A stretch of 64,000 bases of DNA from a bacterium (GTDB taxonomy: Bacteria > Patescibacteriota > Patescibacteriia > Patescibacteriales > UBA12465). Positions 9,016 to 17,065 of the stretch are shown here, one piece after another; within the stretch, counting starts at the first letter, position 1; each line of letters opens with the position of its first letter. The translations under genes and the position numbers were made by a program. Below the pieces are notes generated by a model that saw only the letters and a list, made by a program, of their open reading frames with translations, was not told the origin of the DNA and did no database searches. The stretch spans positions 13,678 through 77,677 of the forward strand of contig JAUYNJ010000005.1 in assembly GCA_030696105.1 (NCBI GenBank), given 5' to 3'.

Positions 9016-10249
9016 TATCCTTGGGCGACTAGTCGTCGCTTCTCAACTTGCTCTTCGATCACTCCGTCTCAATTTCGTTCGCACGAGCCTGACGGTTTTA
9101 GGTGTGGTCATTGGGGTGGCCGCTATCATTATTGTTTTTGCTGCTGGTGATGGCGTTAGTCGCCTTATTTCTGGAGAACTTGAGTCCTATGGCACCAATG
9201 TCATTCAGACCGAAATTAAGACACCAGGGAAAGAAATGCCGAGCGCTGCTGGTGTTACCAGTTTGAAGCTCTCCGACATGGAGGCAATTAACAAAATTGA
9301 TAATGTTACAAGTAGCTATGCCGCTTCTTTAGGGCAGCAAAAAGCCAGTTACGCCGCTGAGAGCAAGAAAATATTTGTCTTTGGTGTTAGCGCCGCCTAC
9401 GCCGAAATTGATACTAAGACTAAACTAGCCTCAGGTGAGTTTTTTACCGAGGAGCAGGATAAAGGTCAGGCGCTGGTGGTCGTCCTTGGGGCAGAAATTA
9501 AAGAATATTTGTTTGGTGATTCTGAAGCAGTGGGCAAGTCCATTCGTCTTGGTAATTTGAAATTCCAGGTGATTGGCGTTCTTGAAGGACAGGGCGGGGC
9601 AGTGAGTTTCCTGAACTTTGATGACATGGTTTATATCCCAATTAACACGCTTCATAAGAGAATTCTCGGCATCGATTACGCGATGTATTTTATGCATCAA
9701 ATTCGTGATTTAGAGATCGCTGACGAAACGGTTGGTGAAATTGAAAGCTTGTTACGTGAAAGACATGATATAACTGACCCTACGAAAGACGATTTCCGTG
9801 TTTCAACCATGGATGAAATGCTTGAAACACTGGGCGTGGTAACGACCGCTGTTACATTGTTATTGTTAATGATTGTTCTTATTTCATTGCTCGTTGGCGG
9901 TGTTGGTATTATGAATATTATGTATGTTACCGTAACTGAGCGTACTCCTGAGATTGGTCTGCGTAAGGCGATGGGGGCTACCAGGCGCGATGTCACTTAT
10001 CAATTTTTAATTGAATCACTGCTCATTACTTTCTGGGGCTGGCTCTTGGGGGCAATTATTGGTGTCTTAGTCTCATATGTATTAAGTCTGGTTGCTCAGA
10101 ACTTTGGCTTTAACTGGCAGCTGGCCTTTCCTTGGCAGGGAATTGGCATCTCTTTTATCTTTTCAATTCTTTGCGGTCTCCTATTTGGCTATCGCCCAGC
10201 CAAGCAAGCGGCTCGTCTAGATCCGGTTGCCGCTCTGCGCGTGGAATAA
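9008..10249 (+). CDS. MacB/FtsX-family ABC transporter permease (paralogue 2)
   Basis: Same architecture (LVGGVGIMNIMYVTVTERTPEIGLRKAMGA). ATG 9008 overlaps the upstream TGA as ATGAATGA. The ORF track start at 8993 is in the same frame and also possible. Confidence 0.88.
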   Translation: MNDILGRLVVASQLALRSLRLNFVRTSLTVLGVVIGVAAIIIVFAAGDGVSRLISGELESYGTNVIQTEIKTPGKEMPSAAGVTSLKLSDMEAINKIDNVTSSYAASLGQQKASYAAESKKIFVFGVSAAYAEIDTKTKLASGEFFTEEQDKGQALVVVLGAEIKEYLFGDSEAVGKSIRLGNLKFQVIGVLEGQGGAVSFLNFDDMVYIPINTLHKRILGIDYAMYFMHQIRDLEIADETVGEIESLLRERHDITDPTKDDFRVSTMDEMLETLGVVTTAVTLLLLMIVLISLLVGGVGIMNIMYVTVTERTPEIGLRKAMGATRRDVTYQFLIESLLITFWGWLLGAIIGVLVSYVLSLVAQNFGFNWQLAFPWQGIGISFIFSILCGLLFGYRPAKQAARLDPVAALRVE

Positions 10250-10275
10250 TAAAGCATTTATCGGTATATAAGAAG

Positions 10276-10298
10276 ACACCGCAAGTCGGTGTTTTTTG
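10276..10298 (+). terminator. rho-independent terminator after the exporter operon
   Basis: ACACCG/CGGTGT stem, 5-nt loop, then a T6 run. Confidence 0.6.
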
Positions 10299-10340
10299 GT
10301 GGAAGAAAAATATAAGTCAGGCGTAATACTAGCATACGTC

Positions 10341-10369
10341 TTGATTAACCGGTAATCAATTCATAAACT
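10341..10369 (+). promoter_or_regulatory. sigma-70 type promoter for the Met/Gly-rich protein gene
   Basis: TTGATT (10341-10346), 17 nt spacer, TAAACT (10364-10369). Confidence 0.45.
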
Positions 10370-10425
10370 AAGTGATTTTCAAAAATAAGGGGCAAAGCCT
10401 TTTTCTTGAAAATTATTAAACAAAT

Positions 10426-10938
10426 ATGAAGAAAAAAGGAAATGTAATTATCGCCAGCGTTTTAGGCTTAGCCGTATTTACTCTCGCTGGGTTTGCTTTA
10501 GATGCTAGTGCCAGTAATGGTAATCGTTTAATGCGGGGTCAGGATGCGAGTAAAGCAGGTAAGGCTGGCTGGTCAAAAAATTTGAACGCTGAGCAACAAG
10601 TCCTGATGGAGTCGCAGCGCGCAGAAAAAGAGCAGGAAAGAGTTGCTCACCGCGCCGCTATGACCAGCGCGATAGAAAGCGGTAATTATGACGCTTGGGC
10701 AGCAACTGTCCGCGAACAAATGGGAGAAACTGCTCCTATCTTAGAACGTGTTAATGTAAACAACTTTGCTCAATTCGCTGAAGCTCATAGCTTAATGCTT
10801 CAAGCGCGTGAGAAGTTTGAGGCGATGGGACTCGATTCCGAGGCAATGGGCATGGGCATGGGTAAAGGAAAGATGAAAGGTATGGGCCAAGGCCGTAACC
10901 ATTCAATGATGAACGCTTCTGCCAGCGTTGCACAATAA
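10426..10938 (+). CDS. secreted helical protein with Met/Gly-rich C-terminal tail (possible periplasmic-type metal-binding chaperone)
   Basis: 170 aa. Signal/anchor sequence (VIIASVLGLAVFTLAGFA), helical Gln/Glu-rich core, and the tail AMGMGMGKGKMKGMGQGRNHSMM. Confidence 0.6.
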   Translation: MKKKGNVIIASVLGLAVFTLAGFALDASASNGNRLMRGQDASKAGKAGWSKNLNAEQQVLMESQRAEKEQERVAHRAAMTSAIESGNYDAWAATVREQMGETAPILERVNVNNFAQFAEAHSLMLQAREKFEAMGLDSEAMGMGMGKGKMKGMGQGRNHSMMNASASVAQ

Positions 10939-10989
10939 TTAGTCACCACTGACATATCTTGGCGAAGGCATATTGCTCTCGCCCAGGCG

Positions 10990-11018
10990 AAAACCTCCGG
11001 AATGGGGGTTTTTGTTTT
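10990..11018 (+). terminator. rho-independent terminator
   Basis: AACCTCC/GGGGGTT stem (one G-U pair), loop GGAAT, followed by TTTTGTTTT. Confidence 0.55.
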
Positions 11019-11098
11019 ATCTCTTAATTATTTTTTTCGTTTAAAGTCATGAAAATTTATGATATAATTTTATAATATACAAACATATTTATTATTTC

Positions 11099-12775
11099 AT
11101 GGAATCTAATCTTTTTTTACAGTTAAGCGCCCTCTTAGCCATCACGGTTAGTGTGGCCTTTTTTGTTCGTCTCGCCAAGCAACCACTCTTAGTTGCATAC
11201 ATGGTTGCTGGTATTATTAGCGGCCCTTTATTGCTCAACGTTCTCTCTGATGGCGAGCATATGTATGATGCCTTTGCCAGTTTTGGTGTGGTGCTACTAC
11301 TATTTATCATTGGGCTCGACTTAAATTTCTCCTACTTAAAAAAAATAGGCAAAGAAGCCTTAATTATTGGCCTAGCACAATTTGTTATTAATTTTGGCAT
11401 GCTCTTACCACTCGCCCGGTACTTTGGTTTTAGCTGGCAGAGTTCAATATTCTTAGCTATCGCTGCTTGTTTCTCTAGTACTATTGTTGTCTTGAAGCTA
11501 CTTGGAGACAAACAAGACGAGGAAGCGGTCTACGGTCGTTATACCATCGGCTTGATGCTGGTTCAGGATATGATTTCGATTGTTGTTCTTCTGGCTTTAA
11601 GTTTCGGGGGCGCGCAGGCGGGCATGGGTGGGGACACCCTTTGGCTTATTCTTAAAGCGTTTGCAGTGATTGTTGGCATTGCTATTTTAGCTAAACATGT
11701 CGTTCCATATATTCTTGATCGCATCGCTGCCTCTGGAGAATTTCTATTCATATTTACGGTTGCCTGGTGTTTTGGCGTTGCCTCATTATTACATTGGGCT
11801 GGATTTTCCTTGGAGCTTGGCGCTGTAGTGGCCGGGATAAGTTTAGGGGCGTCGCGTTATCAAGCGGAAATCGCTAGTCGTATTAAACCGCTGCGTGATT
11901 TTTTTATTGTCATCTTCTTTATTATTCTCGGTAGTGGTGCCGACTTCAGTCAGGTTGACGGTGTCTTAATCCCTGCCTTACTACTCGCGGCCCTTGTCGT
12001 ATTCATCAAGCCGGTGTTTCTGTATATTATTTTCCGTTCTCGTCACTTCACGCGTCGTAATAGTTTCTTGGCAGCCTTAACCTCGGGCCAATTAAGTGAG
12101 TTTGGTTTTATTATATTATTCGCTGGTGCGGCTGGTGGTTATCTAGATGGTCGTGAGCTGCAAATTTTTACGGTAGCGGCTATTATTACTATATTCGCGT
12201 CTTCATACTTTATATCTTATAGTTACAAGATATATAATTTTTTAATGCCAGTTTTCCTTCTCTTCGGCAAGGATACACGTGTGCAACCAGAGAACATTAA
12301 GGAAAGTTACCCAGCAATTATATTTGGTTTTCACCGCACTGGTTGGAAGATTGGTGAGGCCTTAACGGCAAAGGGCATTAAGTTTGCGACCGTAGACTTT
12401 AACCCCGAAAACGTGGAACGCCATCAAAAAAAAGGAGTGCGTGCTTTCTTTGGTGATGCTTCCGACATCGAGTTTTTGCGTTCACTGCCTATTGCCGAGG
12501 CCAAGATTATAGTTTCGACCGTACCTTCTCCTGAAGATCAGCTGGTTTTAATAAACTTCGTACGCCGTGTTAATCCGAAAGCGGTAATGGTGGCGAGTTT
12601 ATATCACAAGAAGTATTTGCCGGCTTTATATGATGCTGGCGCTGATTATGTTATTTTGCCTCACCTGCTCGGCGGCTCGTGGGCGGCGAACATTATTGAA
12701 CGTGGCGAATTTGGTCGTCGGACCGCTTGGGGAAAGTACCGCCGTCAGCAGGCCCTTGATTTAGGGGGCAGCTAA
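11099..12775 (+). CDS. CPA2 (Kef-type) cation:proton antiporter with C-terminal RCK/TrkA-N domain
   Basis: 558 aa. About 11 TM helices followed by a Rossmann-like domain (AIIFGFHRTGWKIGEAL...VDFNPE). Confidence 0.88.
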   Translation: MESNLFLQLSALLAITVSVAFFVRLAKQPLLVAYMVAGIISGPLLLNVLSDGEHMYDAFASFGVVLLLFIIGLDLNFSYLKKIGKEALIIGLAQFVINFGMLLPLARYFGFSWQSSIFLAIAACFSSTIVVLKLLGDKQDEEAVYGRYTIGLMLVQDMISIVVLLALSFGGAQAGMGGDTLWLILKAFAVIVGIAILAKHVVPYILDRIAASGEFLFIFTVAWCFGVASLLHWAGFSLELGAVVAGISLGASRYQAEIASRIKPLRDFFIVIFFIILGSGADFSQVDGVLIPALLLAALVVFIKPVFLYIIFRSRHFTRRNSFLAALTSGQLSEFGFIILFAGAAGGYLDGRELQIFTVAAIITIFASSYFISYSYKIYNFLMPVFLLFGKDTRVQPENIKESYPAIIFGFHRTGWKIGEALTAKGIKFATVDFNPENVERHQKKGVRAFFGDASDIEFLRSLPIAEAKIIVSTVPSPEDQLVLINFVRRVNPKAVMVASLYHKKYLPALYDAGADYVILPHLLGGSWAANIIERGEFGRRTAWGKYRRQQALDLGGS

Positions 12776-12789
12776 GTTAAGTATTATAT

Positions 12790-14310
12790 ATGTTGAAGAA
12801 GTGCTCACTGGCCAGTTTAATATTTGCATATCGTTACCGTGCTCTGCAGGCATCGATTGCAAATCCTACTCTTGCTCAAAATAGAATATTCCGTTACCTC
12901 ATCCGCAAAGGCAGGCACACGCTCTTTGGGCGTGATCATAATTTTGCGCACATTAAATCCTACAATGATTATTGTCGCCTGGTTCCGCTTAGTCGTTATG
13001 AAGATATTAAGCCTTATATTGAGAGACTATTGCACGGTGAAAATTATATTCTCTGGCCGGAAAAGATTAAATATTTTTCTAAGTCCTCAGGCACGACAAG
13101 TAGTAAGAGTAAATATATCCCTGTCAGTAACAGCGCTTTAAACGATTGTCATTATCGTGGCGGACGCAGTTTGCTGGCTTGTTACTTTACCCAGAATTTG
13201 AATTCCAATTTATTGCGAGGGCAGAACTTTGCTCTCGGTGGCAGCCGGCAGAAGGACGAAATTGGCGAGGGTAAATACATTGCTGATGTTTCAGCGATAC
13301 TTATGAAAAAGTTGCCTTGGTGGGCACAGTTACGCCGCAGTCCTCGTTTTAGTATTGCGTCTATGTCGGAGTGGGAGGAAAAGCTGCTTCGTATTACTGA
13401 AGTGATTGCCTTTCAAAATATTGTTAGTCTTTCTGGCGTACCATCCTGGAACCTGGCTTTAGCTAAAAAAATATTGGAGCTAACTGGTAAAAAAAACTTA
13501 AGGGAAGTTTGGCCTAAGCTTGAGCTCTTCATGCATGGCGGCACGAGTATGGCGCCATACAAAGAGCAGTTTAAGGCTTTGGTAGGCGCGGATGACATGC
13601 ATTACTTAGAGGTCTATAACGCCTCAGAGGGTTATTTTGCTTTTCAGGATAAATTGGAGCGTCAGGATATGTTGTTATTTGTTGATGGCGGGATTTTTTA
13701 TGAATTTGTGCCCCTAGAAGAATTAAGTAAAGCAAATCCGCACGCTTTAACTTTAAATGAAGTTGAGTTGGATAAGAACTACGCCCTAGTGATTTCCACT
13801 AATGCCGGTCTGTGGCGTTATGTGATTGGCGATACTGTAAAATTTACCTCGCTTAAGCCTTACCGCATAATTATTACCGGTCGTACAAAAAGCTTCATTA
13901 ATGCTTGTGGCGAAGAGCTCGTGGTTGAAAATGCAGATGAAGCAGTTAAAGAGGCTTGTCGTCAGTCAGAAGCTAATGTTAAAGAGTATACCGCGGCGCC
14001 TTTGTTTGGTGCAGGGAAGGAAGCGGTCGCCTGTCATCAGTGGTTGTTTGAATTTGAGCAAGCGCCAGCCGATATAAATGAATTTGGGCTTGCACTTGAT
14101 CGTGAGCTGCGATGTCGTAATTCTGACTATGAGGCCAAGCGTCATAAAGATATGAACCTTGGTCCGCCTCGGCTGATTGTTGCTCGAGAAAACGTATTCT
14201 ATGATTGGTTGAAGCAAAATAAACGTTTAGGCGGACAGTCGAAGATTCCGCGCCTGGCAAATGACAGGCAGATTATGGATGTATTGCTCAGCTTAAATGA
14301 AGAAAGATAG
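12790..14310 (+). CDS. GH3 (auxin-responsive promoter) family acyl-adenylate-forming enzyme
   Basis: 506 aa. FSKSSGTTSSKSKYIPVS adenylation motif, YNASEGYFAFQ, and RYVIGDTVKFT...GRTKSFINACGEEL. Confidence 0.8.
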   Translation: MLKKCSLASLIFAYRYRALQASIANPTLAQNRIFRYLIRKGRHTLFGRDHNFAHIKSYNDYCRLVPLSRYEDIKPYIERLLHGENYILWPEKIKYFSKSSGTTSSKSKYIPVSNSALNDCHYRGGRSLLACYFTQNLNSNLLRGQNFALGGSRQKDEIGEGKYIADVSAILMKKLPWWAQLRRSPRFSIASMSEWEEKLLRITEVIAFQNIVSLSGVPSWNLALAKKILELTGKKNLREVWPKLELFMHGGTSMAPYKEQFKALVGADDMHYLEVYNASEGYFAFQDKLERQDMLLFVDGGIFYEFVPLEELSKANPHALTLNEVELDKNYALVISTNAGLWRYVIGDTVKFTSLKPYRIIITGRTKSFINACGEELVVENADEAVKEACRQSEANVKEYTAAPLFGAGKEAVACHQWLFEFEQAPADINEFGLALDRELRCRNSDYEAKRHKDMNLGPPRLIVARENVFYDWLKQNKRLGGQSKIPRLANDRQIMDVLLSLNEER

Positions 14311-14352
14311 AGAGTGGAAGAAAAGCGCAGATTTTACGTATTAGCTTTATAA

Positions 14353-14949
14353 GTGAAATTCATGGAAAATCAACCGCTTGAATCAGAATTAGATGACGCG
14401 GAATTAGTTCGACTCAGCCTGGCTGATCCGGCTACTTTTTCGTTAATCATTGCACGTTATAAAGACAAGCTACTGCGCTATGTCCGTCGTTTGGGCGCTT
14501 CTAACCTGGAGGATGCCGAGGATATTCTTCAAGATTTATTCTTAAAGGTATATTTAAACTTAAATGAGTTTAATCAGAGCTTGAAGTTTTCCTCCTGGAT
14601 ATATCGCATTGCACATAATGAGGCGATTAGTCACTTTCGTAAACGTCAAGCACGCCCAGAAGCGTACTCAATTCCGCTTGATACCCCAGGCTTACAACTG
14701 CTTGCAAATGACTTGGCTCTTGATAGACATGTTGATGGCATTTTACGTGACGAAGCGGTTAGCAAAGCATTGATGAAAATTGATGCACGTCACCGGGAGA
14801 TTATTATCTTGAAATTTTTTGAAGAGAAGAATTATAACGAGATATCTGATATTTTAAAAAAGCCATTAGGCACCATCGCCTCTTTACTTAATCGTGCGAA
14901 GAAGTCTTTAAGGGATGAGATGCCATCAAAATGGCATGAAGTAAAATAA
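14353..14949 (+). CDS. ECF (sigma-24 type) RNA polymerase sigma factor
   Basis: Region 2 (FSSWIYRIAHNEAISHFRK) and region 4 (NYNEISDILKKPLGTIASLLNRAKKSL). ORF track start is GTG 14353; ATG 14362 is an alternative. Confidence 0.9.
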   Translation: MKFMENQPLESELDDAELVRLSLADPATFSLIIARYKDKLLRYVRRLGASNLEDAEDILQDLFLKVYLNLNEFNQSLKFSSWIYRIAHNEAISHFRKRQARPEAYSIPLDTPGLQLLANDLALDRHVDGILRDEAVSKALMKIDARHREIIILKFFEEKNYNEISDILKKPLGTIASLLNRAKKSLRDEMPSKWHEVK

Positions 14950-14950
14950 T

Positions 14951-15697
14951 ATGCAGTCAGATTTAGGTCAAACAATTATTGATAAGATAAAAAATGAGAG
15001 CCTGGTCCCAAAGCCTCGCTGGCATTTTCTGTTGCGAGAGTGGTTAGTTTGGACTTTTGGAACCTTGGCTTTAATTGTCGGCGCCGCTTCAGTGGCTGTT
15101 ATGCGGTATTTAGCTGAGAACAGTCCCTGGGCAATGCATTCAACTTACGGGCAAACATTCGCTGGTTGGCTATTATTATCACTGCCTTACTTCTGGCTAT
15201 TCTTATTGGGTTTGTTTCTCTGGTTGCTATATTACAATTTAAAACACACTAAACGCGGTTATCGCTATCCGATGTTTTATGTTGCTCTCGCCGCCCTCTT
15301 TGCCAGCATTCTGCTCGGTCTCGCTTTTTACACCCTCGGTGTCGGTCGAGCGATTGACGGCGTGTTAGGTAGGAAGGCGCCGCTCTACGCCCACGTATTT
15401 AATCCTCACGTCGATTTCTGGTCTGCACCTGAAGAAGGTCGCTTGGCTGGTTTAGTGGTAGCACACACAGCCGACGAAAATACCTTTATATTAATTGACC
15501 GTGATCGAGGTGAATGGCTCGTTACTTATAATCCTCGTGACGATAGTTTTATCCTTATCGGACAACCACTGCGAGCCTTCGGAACTATTACGGGAGAACA
15601 GCGTTTTGAGGCGGTAAAAATTATGCGCATGATGTCTGGGCGTGAATACTTTCAACGACTGGGTCCAGGCAACGGCGGCATGCACCGCAATAAATAA
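14951..15697 (+). CDS. membrane protein, putative anti-sigma factor (by position only)
   Basis: 248 aa. Starts 1 nt after the sigma factor stop codon. Four or more hydrophobic helices and a C-terminal soluble domain; no recognised motif. Confidence 0.45.
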   Translation: MQSDLGQTIIDKIKNESLVPKPRWHFLLREWLVWTFGTLALIVGAASVAVMRYLAENSPWAMHSTYGQTFAGWLLLSLPYFWLFLLGLFLWLLYYNLKHTKRGYRYPMFYVALAALFASILLGLAFYTLGVGRAIDGVLGRKAPLYAHVFNPHVDFWSAPEEGRLAGLVVAHTADENTFILIDRDRGEWLVTYNPRDDSFILIGQPLRAFGTITGEQRFEAVKIMRMMSGREYFQRLGPGNGGMHRNK

Positions 15698-15704
15698 ATA
15701 TAAA

Positions 15705-15738
15705 ACAGCCTTACTCGAAGACGGTAAGGCTGTTTTTT
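15705..15738 (+). terminator. rho-independent terminator
   Basis: 10-bp stem ACAGCCTTAC/GTAAGGCTGT, 9-nt loop, T6 run. Confidence 0.75.
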
Positions 15739-15775
15739 AATACAATATGCTATACTAGTAATATAATTAAATTTT

Positions 15776-16251
15776 ATGAACAAAAAAATTATTTACTTTT
15801 AGCTGGCAGTATTTTAGTCAGCTTAGCCGCTGGCGCCATTGGCTCCAGGTTTACCATCACGGGGCCAGGGAGCTGGTATGAATTGATTGAGAAGCCCTTT
15901 TTTAATCCACCGGGTTGGATATTCGGGCCAGTCTGGATGATTCTCTATATTTTGATGGGGGTCGCTCTATTTCTAGTCATAAAACAGGAGGCGAAAAAAA
16001 AGGAAGTATTTCAAGCAGCAAAAATATTTTTCATTCAACTTTTCTTTAATATTCTTTGGTCCTATTTCTTTTTCGGTTTAAGTAATCCGCGTTTAGCCTT
16101 TTTAGAGATAATTGCACTCATACTCTCTATTATTGCTACCATGATTGCTTTTGCAAGAGTGGATAAACTTGCGATGAAATTACTAATTCCGTACCTGCTT
16201 TGGGTGCTGTTTGCAGCGTTTTTAAATTATACTATCTGGCAATTGAATTAA
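15776..16251 (+). CDS. tspO: TspO/MBR tryptophan-rich sensory protein; N-terminus out of frame with its ATG at an A7 run
   Basis: Motifs PPGWIFGPVWMILYILMG, WSYFFFG and LIPYLLWVLFAAFLNY. The TspO frame is open from 15694 and encodes TM1 (LLLAGSILVSLAAGAIGSRF), but its first ATG/GTG/TTG is TTG 15883. ATG 15776 is in the +1 frame and stops at 15800. Confidence 0.8.
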
Positions 16252-16266
16252 TGTTTCTATAATAAT

Positions 16267-17043
16267 ATGGAATTACTCTGGTTCTTACCCGCATTTACCC
16301 TCATTTATATCAGTGCTTGGTATTTACTTTCCTTGCGGGTCAAAAGATGGGATGTTATTGATGTTGCTTGGGGTCCAGGCTTCATTTTTCTTGTTTGGAT
16401 TGCCTGGTATTTTCGTGGCATGCCCACCGACGGGCGAGCTGCTTGGATTATTGTTTTAATTACACTTTGGGGTGCACGACTCTTGTATCATACGTATCGT
16501 CGTAATCTCAGCAAGGATGAAGATTGGCGCTATCATCGCTGGCATCAGGGAAGCGGTTGGCGCTTCTTTCTCAAATCTTATGTGAGCGTTTTCTTATTTC
16601 AAGGGGCCTTAATGATGATTATTGCCTTGCCGGCAGTGTACAGCTTGAGTTTCATGTCACTTCGTTTGTACAGTATTAATAATCTTGGGATTGTTTTAAT
16701 GATTGTTGGTTTGTTATATGAAACTCTGGCTGACTATCAGCGTCGCGTTTTTTTGCAGGAACCGATTAATAAGGATAGGTTAATTACTTACGGTCTATGG
16801 AAGCATAGCCGCCATCCCAATTATTTTGGTGAGATGTTATTTTGGTGGGGCTTATTCTTTATTGTTCTGGGGGCACCAAAATCTTGGATGTTAATTGTAT
16901 CCCCGCTCACAATTACTTATGTGTTACTTTTCGTTTCTGGTTTACCGATGGAAGAACGTTACCGTGGTCGCCCTGATTTTGAAGAATATCGTCGGCGCAC
17001 TTCTGCTATTATCCCTTGGTTTACAAAAAAGGCCCGCACTTAG
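16267..17043 (+). CDS. DUF1295 / steroid-5-alpha-reductase-like membrane protein
   Basis: 258 aa polytopic protein with GLWKHSRHPNYFGEMLFWWG. Confidence 0.8.
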   Translation: MELLWFLPAFTLIYISAWYLLSLRVKRWDVIDVAWGPGFIFLVWIAWYFRGMPTDGRAAWIIVLITLWGARLLYHTYRRNLSKDEDWRYHRWHQGSGWRFFLKSYVSVFLFQGALMMIIALPAVYSLSFMSLRLYSINNLGIVLMIVGLLYETLADYQRRVFLQEPINKDRLITYGLWKHSRHPNYFGEMLFWWGLFFIVLGAPKSWMLIVSPLTITYVLLFVSGLPMEERYRGRPDFEEYRRRTSAIIPWFTKKART

Positions 17044-17055
17044 CGGATCCTTTTT
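17024..17055. terminator. bidirectional terminator between convergent DUF1295 and copA genes
   Basis: A6-GG-CCGC/GCGG-CC-T6 hairpin with an A run on one side and a T run on the other. Confidence 0.55.
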
Positions 17056-17065
17056 TATTTATAGA

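Noticed and set aside
14316-14340. ECF-type autoregulatory promoter (GGAAG...17 nt...CGTA) upstream of the sigma factor gene
   Set aside because: The -35 lacks the usual AAC core, and I found no second copy in front of tspO or DUF1295. It is too weak to call.
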